A model generated the notes under the pieces. It had not been told where the DNA came from, ran no database searches, and saw only the letters and a program-made list of their open reading frames with translations. From the IMG/VR virus record IMGVR_UViG_3300031994_000089, positions 3,154-67,153 of that record: a stretch of DNA of 64,000 nucleotides; one strand, written 5' to 3'. The DNA comes from a virus. Its lineage: Duplodnaviria > Caudoviricetes. The position numbers were made by a program, and so were the translations under genes. This document shows positions 9,516 to 19,050 of the stretch, one piece after another (positions within the stretch are counted from its first letter, which is position 1; every line of letters begins with the position of its first letter).

Positions 9516-11297
9516 ATGAACCAAGCACAATTTATGAGACAGTTTAATGAAAGTCATAGAGAGCAATTTAATCCTGAATTATTTAAAAGAGATAATGAAG
9601 AAATGATTGAAGTTATTCATAAAATATTGCTCTCATGTGAAGCCGATAAGTATTATACCCTAAAATTAATTAAGTTTGAAGTCATAACTAATTATAAAGA
9701 AATTTATAATACTCTCAGAGAACATGAGGAAAGTAGACGTAGAAAGAATTCTAAGGGAGAAAATACTTACGATTTTATAAATATAAAAGATACAGATATT
9801 ATTTTAATTAGAGCAGTGTGGTTCATTAAACATACTGGGGTAGAGAGGATAGAAACTAATGAAGGAACCAAAGAGGTACTGGACCCTCAGAAGAACCTAG
9901 AAGTGTTAATAGCGCTACCAAGATATGTTAAAAAATATTATTTTAGATTATCTGGAAATTATTATAATACAACATATCAAATTGTAGATGGTTCTACATA
10001 TAATAATGCTAATGCTAGACAATCTAAAGTAGACACTAATACACTAAAGACAAATTTCTCACCAATAAGAATCTTCAGATCATTTAGAGATTTAGTAGAT
10101 ATAAATACAAAAGAAACATTGAAATTAACAGAATATAATAGTATTATATTTAAGAATACTGTAAATGCGTATCATTATTTATTAGCATTTCTTGGATTAT
10201 ATGGATTATCTGAATTTCTTGGTATTAATTGTGTTTATGTAACCACTCACCAATTTGACAATCCTGATTATTATTGTTTCAAAAAGCATAATATTTATAT
10301 TTCAGTACCAAAAATATGTTTCCAAGATCCAATGGTACAATCATATGTAGTAGCATTATATACAGCTATTAATAAAGATACAAATATTAATCAACTATTT
10401 GACATAAGATTTTGGTTAATAAATCTTGGTGCTGCATTTAAAAATGCATCTGTAGAAAAAGGATTATTCCAATTAGATTCTATAGATTCTATATATGATA
10501 TTCTTACCAAAGAACAACTTCATCTTCCTGAAGAAGATAAAAAAGATATATATTGTATATTTAGATGGATGCTTAGAGAATTTTCTAATATAAGAATGAA
10601 AGAAAATGTAGATGTAAGAACTAAGCGTGTAAGAATAGCTGACTATATTGGGCAATTATATGCAACTAATCTTAATAGAGGTATTCATAGAATATCTGAT
10701 CTTGGTAAAAAGGTTACATTAAAGAAAATAGAACAAGCTATTTATACACAGCCATTTTATATATTACATAATGTTTCTAGTCCAACCATGACTAATCTTA
10801 TATCATATAAAGATCTTGTTAATGATAATGACGCAACGGCAGCTCTTAAATATACTTATAAAGGTATATCTGGATTGGGTGAGGATGGTTCATCTATACA
10901 ACCAATGTATCGTTATATTGATCCTAGTCATGTTGGTATATTAGATCTTGATAGTTCTTCAGTATCTGATCCAGGAATGTCTGGTATGATATGTCCAATG
11001 ACAAATATTTATGGAACATCTTTTTCTGAATATGAGGAACCTAATACTTGGAAGGAACAATACGGATATCTTCAAACTGAATGGAAGAAGGATGCTATAC
11101 AACCGATATCATTTGATAGAGAGCCAGAAAAGAAAGATTATTATGCAATTAGACAAAAAATTGTAGAGGAAGATCTTGAACTAACAAAAATAATAGCACC
11201 TATATATAATGATGATCCTTCTATATTATATACAGCATATGCAGAAACTTTAGAGAAGGATGATAAAAAGAATAAGGGGACATCTCTATTTAACTAA
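9516..11297 (+). CDS. rpoB: multisubunit RNA polymerase beta subunit, N-terminal half (probably non-virion RNAP)
   Basis: YFRLSGNYY..YQIVD (beta FIINGxERV..Q) and RYIDPSHVGILD..DPGMSG (beta RDVHPTHYGR..GPNIG); ATG 9516 preferred over TTG 9495 from GGAGGT spacing. Confidence 0.85.
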   Translation: MNQAQFMRQFNESHREQFNPELFKRDNEEMIEVIHKILLSCEADKYYTLKLIKFEVITNYKEIYNTLREHEESRRRKNSKGENTYDFINIKDTDIILIRAVWFIKHTGVERIETNEGTKEVLDPQKNLEVLIALPRYVKKYYFRLSGNYYNTTYQIVDGSTYNNANARQSKVDTNTLKTNFSPIRIFRSFRDLVDINTKETLKLTEYNSIIFKNTVNAYHYLLAFLGLYGLSEFLGINCVYVTTHQFDNPDYYCFKKHNIYISVPKICFQDPMVQSYVVALYTAINKDTNINQLFDIRFWLINLGAAFKNASVEKGLFQLDSIDSIYDILTKEQLHLPEEDKKDIYCIFRWMLREFSNIRMKENVDVRTKRVRIADYIGQLYATNLNRGIHRISDLGKKVTLKKIEQAIYTQPFYILHNVSSPTMTNLISYKDLVNDNDATAALKYTYKGISGLGEDGSSIQPMYRYIDPSHVGILDLDSSSVSDPGMSGMICPMTNIYGTSFSEYEEPNTWKEQYGYLQTEWKKDAIQPISFDREPEKKDYYAIRQKIVEEDLELTKIIAPIYNDDPSILYTAYAETLEKDDKKNKGTSLFN

Positions 11298-11305
11298 TTT
11301 AAAAT

Positions 11306-11338
11306 AATAGAGAAGATAGTATAGCTATCTTCTCTATT
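11306..11338 (+). terminator. intrinsic terminator hairpin
   Basis: AATAGAGAAGATAG / CTATCTTCTCTATT followed by T-tract. Confidence 0.75.
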
Positions 11339-11364
11339 TTTAATCTGTAAGGAGGATTTATAAA

Positions 11365-11619
11365 ATGGCTGTTACAAATAAATATGTTTACTTTCTATAT
11401 TCAGAAGAACAGATCAAAGAAAGAAATAAAATATTAGAAAAACAAGGAAAAGTATTTATTCCCGGTACAGTTTATATAGGAATGAGTAGAATACCATTTA
11501 GCCAGATGTCGGAAAAAGATAGTTTGCCTAGATTTATAGATACAAAAATAGTAGCTAAAGGATATAAAAATCAAATGAAATATGTTTTGCCTACAAATAA
11601 AAAGAAAGAGGTGGAATAA
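11365..11619 (+). CDS. hypothetical protein
   Basis: 84-aa ORF, AAGGAGG RBS. Confidence 0.7.
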   Translation: MAVTNKYVYFLYSEEQIKERNKILEKQGKVFIPGTVYIGMSRIPFSQMSEKDSLPRFIDTKIVAKGYKNQMKYVLPTNKKKEVE

Positions 11620-11621
11620 AA

Positions 11622-12440
11622 ATGTTATGCTTTTCTCATAATATACCAGATGCTAATGTATTTAGTAATTTCGATTTTATAGACACTGATTTAGCTTTTA
11701 AGAAAGCTAGAGAAGAAATAGATTTTTTGATTCCAGAATTTATAAAATATATATCTGGAGATAGAACTAAATCTAGAGTATATGGAAATATTAAAAGATA
11801 TTATCCAGAAGAATTAGTATTTATGAATAATAATATTTTGGAAAATAGTGTAAATGATCTGAGAAATATAGATACTATTATAGAAGATTCTTGTACTATA
11901 TATAAAAATCTTAGGGTTGTAATCTTAAAGGAAGATATATCTTTAACAAACATTACAGGATATGATATTTTATCATTTACTAAAAATAATGTGTTTATAA
12001 ATACTATATTTATTCAAGATATGAAAATGGATACAAAATTAGCTTTTAATATATGCATAAAATTATTTGATAAGATAATTCTCAATAATCTTTATATTAA
12101 TAATATTCCGATATATTCATCTAAATATGTTTCAATATTGTACAATGGAGATAATGGTTTTAAAGTATCTAAATTTATAATCGATTATTTTTATGAATTA
12201 TTGTTACCATTTGTGACAAAAATATCTGTAGAGAAGAAGGAAGTTGAAGAGCTAGCTTATCAGATCAATAAATCTAATTTTCAAATTATGTCTGAAGAAG
12301 AGTTGGTTACTCTTTATAAATTTATCAATGATAAGTATAAAGACAATGTTGATGATTATGAATATTTGGGGCTAATTTTAGATTATCAAATAAAACTTGA
12401 TACCAAATCAAAAAATGAATTGGAAGAAGTAGACATGTAA
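11622..12440 (+). CDS. hypothetical protein
   Basis: 272-aa ORF coupled to upstream gene. Confidence 0.7.
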   Translation: MLCFSHNIPDANVFSNFDFIDTDLAFKKAREEIDFLIPEFIKYISGDRTKSRVYGNIKRYYPEELVFMNNNILENSVNDLRNIDTIIEDSCTIYKNLRVVILKEDISLTNITGYDILSFTKNNVFINTIFIQDMKMDTKLAFNICIKLFDKIILNNLYINNIPIYSSKYVSILYNGDNGFKVSKFIIDYFYELLLPFVTKISVEKKEVEELAYQINKSNFQIMSEEELVTLYKFINDKYKDNVDDYEYLGLILDYQIKLDTKSKNELEEVDM

Positions 12441-12448
12441 TAAATTAT

Positions 12449-12820
12449 TTGGAGGTAGTAAATATGATTGATGCACAGGTTAGATTGGGTCCAGATACAA
12501 CAATAGGTGATGATTCTTTATTAGATATAAATATAAAAGAATATCATTATCCAATATATTTTGAAAGAAAAAATATATGTACATCTTGTGGTGCAGAAGG
12601 TGAGCTTAAGTTTATTAATATATTTGGAAAAGAAGCTTCTCATGAAGTTCATCCTTTCGAATATTTAAAATGTGCCAGATGCGGTGCAACTTATTCTATC
12701 AAATGGGATAGGTCTGAAGAAGATAATAAATTGTATCCTTCTGCTGTGGATAAAAGTATTGCGAAAGATTTTCTTAATAATTTTAAAAATAAGAACGACA
12801 AAGTTAAAGATTTTGATTAA
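12449..12820 (+). CDS. zinc-ribbon protein
   Basis: CTSCG and CARCG pairs; start may be ATG 12464. Confidence 0.65.
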   Translation: MEVVNMIDAQVRLGPDTTIGDDSLLDINIKEYHYPIYFERKNICTSCGAEGELKFINIFGKEASHEVHPFEYLKCARCGATYSIKWDRSEEDNKLYPSAVDKSIAKDFLNNFKNKNDKVKDFD

Positions 12821-12889
12821 TTCTTAGATAATATAAAATTATATACTGAATTACTTCAATATAATTATTATATATTAAGGAGAATTATA

Positions 12890-15583
12890 ATGAGATATTT
12901 ATATGCTCGTTTTGAAGGTTATATTGGATTTTATACCGGATTGGGATTAACTAAACTGGAGATAGATTTTTCAAAATGTAAGCACAATATTGTTCTCATA
13001 TCTGGAATGAATGGATGTGGTAAATCTACTTTGATGAATTCATTATCCATCTTTCCAGATGATTCTTCTTCTTTTGTTGAATTTCTTGATGCTAGAAAAG
13101 TATTAAGATTGTTATCTGGAGATGATATATATGATATTAATATATCTTCACCATCTGACGGTAAAGGTGGTAGAAAAGGAACCAAGGCATTCATACAAAA
13201 GAATGGAGTTGAATTAAATGAGAATGGTAATGTGACCTCATATAAAGAGATTATTTTTTCTGAATTTGAGTTAGATTCCAATTATATATCTTTATCCAAA
13301 TTATCTAGTATTGATAGGGGATTGGGGGATAAAAAACCCGCGGAACGTAAAAAATTTGCAAGTTCTATAATAGAAAATATGGAAGTTTATAATAATATTT
13401 ATAAAACTTTAAATAAAAAATCTCTAGTAATAAAATCTACCATTAATAATTTACATACAAAGATACAAAATATTGGATCTGAAGAGAACTTAGAAATTAC
13501 ATTAAATAAATTAAAAGATCAACATAATAAATTACAAAATAGGATTAGTAATATTAATAATAAAATTATTTCTATACAAGCTAAAAATTCTATAGATGAA
13601 TCCGAAGCTAGAGAGCTAGAAATGATAAATGAGCAATTCAATAGTATTAATAATCAATTGCAAAATATAAATAATAGTATATCTATATATGCTCATAAAT
13701 CTAAAATTAAACCAGAAAAAATAGAGGAAAAATATTCTAAAGATAAAGAATTATTTCAATTTTATTCTACTAAATTAGAATCAATATCTAATGAATGGAA
13801 ATCTAGCTCTGAAAGATTAGAAAATTTATCAAAAAAGATTGTAGAATTAGAAGCTGTTATAAATGGTTATGAGAATAATAATAAAAGTAATATAGATTTA
13901 TTATTTGCAGAATCTAATAAAAAGATAAAGGAATTATTAAAAGAATTAAAATCACTGGATGTGTCGCCAGATATATCATTAATAGAACCTATAAAAAGAT
14001 TATTATTATTCTACGAAACTTTTATTAATAAAATAGATAGATTTTATGATGGATTAAATACGGATGATATAAATATAATTCTTAGTTGGAATAATAATGT
14101 AGAAAAGGCTAAAGAAGAGCAGCATAGATTAAGAAATGAATTGGATTATTATAAAGATAAAGAGTCTGCATTAAAATCAGATAAAAATATTATGTCTATA
14201 TTGGATAATAGACCTAAAAAATGCACCATAGATTCTTGTCCATATATACATACTGCAATAGAATTAAAGAAAAATTATAAAAAGATATCTATAGATAAAG
14301 AAATAAGTATTGTATTAGAAAAAGAGTCCGAATTAACGGAGAGTATTACTAGATATAATGAAATAATCGATCATTTGATTTTCTTGCACTCTAAAACGAT
14401 GATTTTGGATGATATTAGATCTTTATTTTTAGAATATAATGATCTTAATTCTATATTTGATATAGATATATTTAAAAATCTAGATAAGCAATTACTAGAT
14501 ATGAGTCAATTCAATAATCAAAGAGAACCAAGAATATATATAGATAGATTAGCAGCATTACAAATATATTCTGCAGAATTACAAATAAATAATGAATATA
14601 AAATAAAGTATGAGGCATATAGGGATCAAGTTCAATTAATGAATAATAATAAAGCTCTTTTAAATGATATGAAAAATGAAAGGGATGAATTAATTGTTAC
14701 TATAGGTGATCAGAAAAAAGAACTTGATAAATATTCTGTGTTAAAAGATACTATATATGAGAATATTGGTATTGAATCAGAGTATTATAATGTATATATT
14801 GATTACAAATCTAGAAAAGAAGAATTAGACAAGCTTCAATATAAAATAGATCAATATAATAAAAAATCTTTTAAAGCTGTAGAATCTGTAAAAGAAATTT
14901 CTGACCTTAATCAGGAGATAGAAAATTTAAAAATAGAGGATGATCCAATAATAAGCAATATTAGCAAATTAGAAGGACAGTTAATATTATTAAACTCATA
15001 TTATGAAGAGTATAATACTTATATAGATCAATATAATATAATTGAAACAATAAAGAAATATTGTTCTCCGACAGGTGGAGGTATACAAACAATATTTATT
15101 CAATTATATATGAGAAAGACATTAGAAATATCGAATCAGATATTATCTATGCTTTTTAATGGTCAATATAAGATATTAGATTTTATAATTAATGAAAAAG
15201 AATTTAAAATACCATTTGTTGGTCCTTCTGGATTACCTGCGGATGATATATCTAATGGTTCTATGAGTCAAGTAGAAATGATGGGTATGGTAATCAATTT
15301 AGCATTATTATATCAGGCATCTACTAAATTCAATATTGCATATCTTGATGAAATAGGATCAGGCTTAGATAATCATAATCAAGGTGAATTTATAAAAGTT
15401 ATATATTATATCTCTAAATATCTTAATATGGAGCAAGTATTTATGATATGTCATTCATTAGCAGTTGATGAGTCTGGAGTTGATATAATAAAACTTAAAG
15501 ATTATGAGGAATTTGAAAATAATTCTTCTGGAAATATAATTTATAATTATAAGGAGGATAGCAATGAGAGTTCAATTTACTGA
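12890..15583 (+). CDS. sbcC: SbcC/Rad50-like SMC ATPase
   Basis: Walker A GMNGCGKST, long coiled coil with central CTIDSCP hook-like motif, signature SNGSMSQ, Walker B AYLDE, H-loop ICHS. Confidence 0.9.
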   Translation: MRYLYARFEGYIGFYTGLGLTKLEIDFSKCKHNIVLISGMNGCGKSTLMNSLSIFPDDSSSFVEFLDARKVLRLLSGDDIYDINISSPSDGKGGRKGTKAFIQKNGVELNENGNVTSYKEIIFSEFELDSNYISLSKLSSIDRGLGDKKPAERKKFASSIIENMEVYNNIYKTLNKKSLVIKSTINNLHTKIQNIGSEENLEITLNKLKDQHNKLQNRISNINNKIISIQAKNSIDESEARELEMINEQFNSINNQLQNINNSISIYAHKSKIKPEKIEEKYSKDKELFQFYSTKLESISNEWKSSSERLENLSKKIVELEAVINGYENNNKSNIDLLFAESNKKIKELLKELKSLDVSPDISLIEPIKRLLLFYETFINKIDRFYDGLNTDDINIILSWNNNVEKAKEEQHRLRNELDYYKDKESALKSDKNIMSILDNRPKKCTIDSCPYIHTAIELKKNYKKISIDKEISIVLEKESELTESITRYNEIIDHLIFLHSKTMILDDIRSLFLEYNDLNSIFDIDIFKNLDKQLLDMSQFNNQREPRIYIDRLAALQIYSAELQINNEYKIKYEAYRDQVQLMNNNKALLNDMKNERDELIVTIGDQKKELDKYSVLKDTIYENIGIESEYYNVYIDYKSRKEELDKLQYKIDQYNKKSFKAVESVKEISDLNQEIENLKIEDDPIISNISKLEGQLILLNSYYEEYNTYIDQYNIIETIKKYCSPTGGGIQTIFIQLYMRKTLEISNQILSMLFNGQYKILDFIINEKEFKIPFVGPSGLPADDISNGSMSQVEMMGMVINLALLYQASTKFNIAYLDEIGSGLDNHNQGEFIKVIYYISKYLNMEQVFMICHSLAVDESGVDIIKLKDYEEFENNSSGNIIYNYKEDSNESSIY

Positions 15584-15890
15584 TGAAGAAAATACTTTGA
15601 TTGCCAGCAGTAGAATAACAGGAATTCAACCAGAAATACGCATTGTTCCTGAAAATTTTACAAATAATACTATGACTCTTGGATTAAAAATAATAGATCC
15701 ATTTATATTTAATATGTTTCTTAAAAGGTATTTAGAAGATCCTTCTATTAAAAATCAAATAGGTGCCGAAATTACATTTATCGATTTGGCTTCCCCAATT
15801 AATAGGGATAATTTATATTATTTGAGAGAATTTTTAGATGATATAATTGATGGTAAAATGAATGTAACTAATGAGGATTCTAACTCCTAA
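15564..15890 (+). CDS. hypothetical protein
   Basis: 108-aa ORF, AAGGAGG RBS inside sbcC end. Confidence 0.7.
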   Translation: MRVQFTDEENTLIASSRITGIQPEIRIVPENFTNNTMTLGLKIIDPFIFNMFLKRYLEDPSIKNQIGAEITFIDLASPINRDNLYYLREFLDDIIDGKMNVTNEDSNS

Positions 15891-15918
15891 TTAATACAAA
15901 ATCAAGGAGGTGCGCATT

Positions 15919-16233
15919 ATGGCTTCAGTAAATGAAATTGAAAAGGAGATTGAAAAAGTAGAATATCTCTATAATTTATCTAGAAATGAAAATGAAAGGT
16001 TGGCATTTAAAAAGAAAATTGATGATCTATATAAATCTTTGAACAATGCAAAGGATAAGAATATTGTAGAGAAAACTAATAAAGTAGAACATGAACAACA
16101 TCAAGAACCAAAGAAAGATAATAATGATATCAATAGAGGTAAAGTTATTGAGCCTAGTTCTAATATTCCTGATAATAACAAATCGGAAGAAAAAGAAAAA
16201 AGAGAAGATAATAAGAAATCTAATAGGAATTAG
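15919..16233 (+). CDS. hypothetical protein, charged low-complexity
   Basis: ATG 15919 after AAGGAGG. Confidence 0.6.
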   Translation: MASVNEIEKEIEKVEYLYNLSRNENERLAFKKKIDDLYKSLNNAKDKNIVEKTNKVEHEQHQEPKKDNNDINRGKVIEPSSNIPDNNKSEEKEKREDNKKSNRN

Positions 16234-16370
16234 TTTTATAGGGTGTAGAGTAAAATCTACACCCTATTTAATTTTGTAAAAGTGTTTATTTTTGGTTATA
16301 TAATATATATGTAATATAGAACCAATAATCATAGTAATAAAAAATAAATTAATTGAGGAGGTAAAATACT

Positions 16371-16838
16371 ATGAGTAATCCTATAATGATATCTGAGTTA
16401 ACAATTGAAAATTTAGAGGGATTCATTTACCCTGTTCTTCATATAAAGAACGAAAATAATGAAAACGAAAGATTCCTGATGCCTTTTAGACTCTATAGAT
16501 TTCAGATCTGTGAAACTATAGACGGAGAATGTGATATGGGATCATCTGAGGTGAAAAGGTTCTCTGATATATTAAAATATTCATTAGATCCAAAGAGCAA
16601 ATTAATGAAATATTTGTGCATGTGTTTAAATGATTATATGTCAACAAGTTATGGTTATCCAGGTAGAATAGTAAGATATACGTATCAGAATAATATATTC
16701 AGAAACGAATATCGTGAAGAAAAAGATCTTAGAAACAAAGTAGAGATAAAAGAAACTTATAAAATTGAAGATTTGGCATTCGTTGATGAGTTTATTGATG
16801 AAACAATAGCAGCTGTTAAAAGAGAATATAAAATTTAA
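16371..16838 (+). CDS. hypothetical protein
   Basis: 155-aa ORF, GAGGAGG RBS. Confidence 0.7.
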   Translation: MSNPIMISELTIENLEGFIYPVLHIKNENNENERFLMPFRLYRFQICETIDGECDMGSSEVKRFSDILKYSLDPKSKLMKYLCMCLNDYMSTSYGYPGRIVRYTYQNNIFRNEYREEKDLRNKVEIKETYKIEDLAFVDEFIDETIAAVKREYKI

Positions 16839-16857
16839 TTTATTGGAGGTAGGTTTT

Positions 16858-17073
16858 ATGAAGAAGATAAAAGAATTTAAGATAAATATTCAGAAAAGAG
16901 ACAAAGCTGAAAAGGGTCCCCTTAAGATTCATTGTAAGAAAAAGGATGCCGAAGGCAATACAGTAGAAAAGGAATATGTTGTAAAAGATGTAGCAAAGTC
17001 AATAGTAAAGGCACCAGTTGATGGTGTAAGATTTGCTGCAAAATATACACTATTTAGTATACTAAATCATTAG
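16858..17073 (+). CDS. hypothetical protein
   Basis: ATG 16858 after GGAGG. Confidence 0.6.
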   Translation: MKKIKEFKINIQKRDKAEKGPLKIHCKKKDAEGNTVEKEYVVKDVAKSIVKAPVDGVRFAAKYTLFSILNH

Positions 17074-17099
17074 TAAACATATTGTAACTCCTTTCCCAA

Positions 17100-17175
17100 A
17101 AAGAATTAAATAAGTAGATCAAACCCATATAAATAATTAATCGGGGGGTTTTTGAATCTGCTTATTTAATTCTTT
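17100..17175 (+). other. long intergenic RNA hairpin (20-bp outer stem plus inner stem)
   Basis: AAAGAATTAAATAAGTAGAT / ATCTGCTTATTTAATTCTTT with one U.G wobble on +; inner CAAACCC / GGGTTTTTG. Confidence 0.6.
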
Positions 17176-17610
17176 AATGTTAACAAAATAATTTTATTTT
17201 TTGTATTTATTTTAAATTAGCTTTTATTTTTTGATCAAAAAATTAACTTAAGATATAATTATATACTATATATAAGATATGTATGAAATAAATTTAAAGG
17301 AGGATAAAAATAATAAGAAATAAATAAGATAATTAAGCCAAAAAATAGTTACAAAGTTACATGTTACATTTTGAATTATAGCTAATTTGTTACAATTATT
17401 GTTGCATAAATTTATAAAACAATCATACATATTATTTATATTGGTTTTATAATTACAAACGAAACCAGATAACGATAATAAAATCTAGAAATGATCGAGG
17501 GAATTATTTCAACAGAGATTTTATTCAATACTATTTTATATTTGTTACAAAATTTGTTACGAAATTGAATACAAAAAAGAAATAGTAAGAGTAAAACAAA
17601 GGAGAAAGAA

Positions 17611-18309
17611 ATGAACAAACATCGAAGTCCCCATCTGGGGGCGTATACTAGTTACTTTATCGGATTAATTTTACTGGGTCTCATGATTCCAGGTTTACAC
17701 TTTTTATTTATACATAATAATTCCGAAGTAGAAACTAAAGAAACTGAAACATTGACTGCTGCTATTGAACAAAATACAGAAGAAAAAATAATAGAAAATT
17801 ATGATGTTCCAGACAATGTATTTATAACTTTTTATTATCCAACAGATGTACAAAATAAAATAGCAGAAAACAAACGAAAAGAGTATATTACTAGTGAAGT
17901 ATATATTCCATCGATTGACAGAATCAAAAAAGAAGAAGTGCAGTTGAGAGAAGAAGAAACTAAGGAATTTGTTGTAGCATCAACTATAGAAACTGGTTCT
18001 CCTGTTGCAACAATCAGTGTAGGGGATGATACAACCACTGATTACACTTACTATGCTACATATTCATTAACAGCATATTGCGCAACTGGTAATCCTTGTG
18101 CTGATGGAGTTTATCCTCAAATTGGGTATACTGTTGCATCAAATGATAAAAATTTGTGGCATAAGTGGATTTATATCGAAGGGATGGGATCATATTATGT
18201 TCATGATACTGGTGGAATGTCTACCAATGTTATTGATATTTTTATGGGTTCATATGATGAGTGTATTCAGTTTGGTAGAAGATCTGCCAATATTTATGTT
18301 TATAATTAA
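17611..18309 (+). CDS. membrane-anchored 3D-domain (MltA-like DPBB) cell-wall enzyme
   Basis: N-terminal TM helix; C-terminal LTAYC..ADG...VASND...YYVHDTGG...IDIFM. Confidence 0.85.
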   Translation: MNKHRSPHLGAYTSYFIGLILLGLMIPGLHFLFIHNNSEVETKETETLTAAIEQNTEEKIIENYDVPDNVFITFYYPTDVQNKIAENKRKEYITSEVYIPSIDRIKKEEVQLREEETKEFVVASTIETGSPVATISVGDDTTTDYTYYATYSLTAYCATGNPCADGVYPQIGYTVASNDKNLWHKWIYIEGMGSYYVHDTGGMSTNVIDIFMGSYDECIQFGRRSANIYVYN

Positions 18310-18326
18310 AAGGAGTAAATAAAATC

Positions 18327-18938
18327 ATGAAAAATAATATAAAGAGATATATTTTATCAATATTACTATTATCTATATTGACAATATCAATGAATGTGAT
18401 TAATGTAAATGCCGAAGAGTCTTCGGAGGAGCCAACACCTTATCAAGTTATCGAATATGTATTAGCGACTGGAGACAAGGATTATCTTCAAGAATATGGT
18501 TATTTATTACCGGGATCATTAGTATCTGAATTATTAAATGCAAATCCAAGTAATTGGGAACAAATGCTTAAAGATGAGGATGCTAGATTAGCAGGCAAAC
18601 AACCAACTGCTTATAATGATAGCACATCAACTGTAAAATTAACAAAATCCGCAGGTACAGTTCAGGGTCCTTCTGGTAAGGAAACATATTATAATCTTAA
18701 TATGTCTGGTGTTGTTAAAATAATGAGGAATCTCGGATATACAGAGGATGAATATCCATATTGGGTACGTGACGATGGATGTAAAATGCTTGGTGATTAT
18801 ATTATAGTCGCTGCAAACTTATCTCTTAGACCACGTGGTACTATAGTCGAAACTTCATTAGGACAAGGTATTGTTTGTGATACTGGTGGTTTTGCTCTTT
18901 ACAACACAACTCAATTAGATATAGCAACAAATTGGTAG
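18327..18938 (+). CDS. secreted 3D-like/DPBB domain protein
   Basis: Signal peptide (..VNA/EES); IVAANL..RPRGTIVETSLGQGIVCDTGG..LDIATNW. Confidence 0.75.
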   Translation: MKNNIKRYILSILLLSILTISMNVINVNAEESSEEPTPYQVIEYVLATGDKDYLQEYGYLLPGSLVSELLNANPSNWEQMLKDEDARLAGKQPTAYNDSTSTVKLTKSAGTVQGPSGKETYYNLNMSGVVKIMRNLGYTEDEYPYWVRDDGCKMLGDYIIVAANLSLRPRGTIVETSLGQGIVCDTGGFALYNTTQLDIATNW

Positions 18939-18960
18939 ATGTATCAAAAATAAATTTGAG

Positions 18961-18988
18961 CCTAGAACCTGTTAAATCAGGTTCTAGG
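18961..18988 (+). terminator. intrinsic terminator hairpin
   Basis: CCTAGAACCTG / CAGGTTCTAGG. Confidence 0.7.
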
Positions 18989-19050
18989 TTTCAGTTTATT
19001 TTCAATATTTATTTTTATTATATTTTTAACTTCATAATACTATAATAGAT

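Noticed and set aside
1112-14000. Antisense and off-frame ORFs in the track (e.g. 1112-1321, 1373-1681, 2984-3373, 3866-4114, 4438-4728, 7591-7908, 12931-13281)
   Set aside because: Shadows of well-supported genes, without RBS or motifs
17436-17618. Minus-strand 60-aa hydrophobic ORF as a toxin paired with the 17100 hairpin
   Set aside because: No RBS, overlaps the 3D gene start and leader, and the hairpin is over 250 nt away
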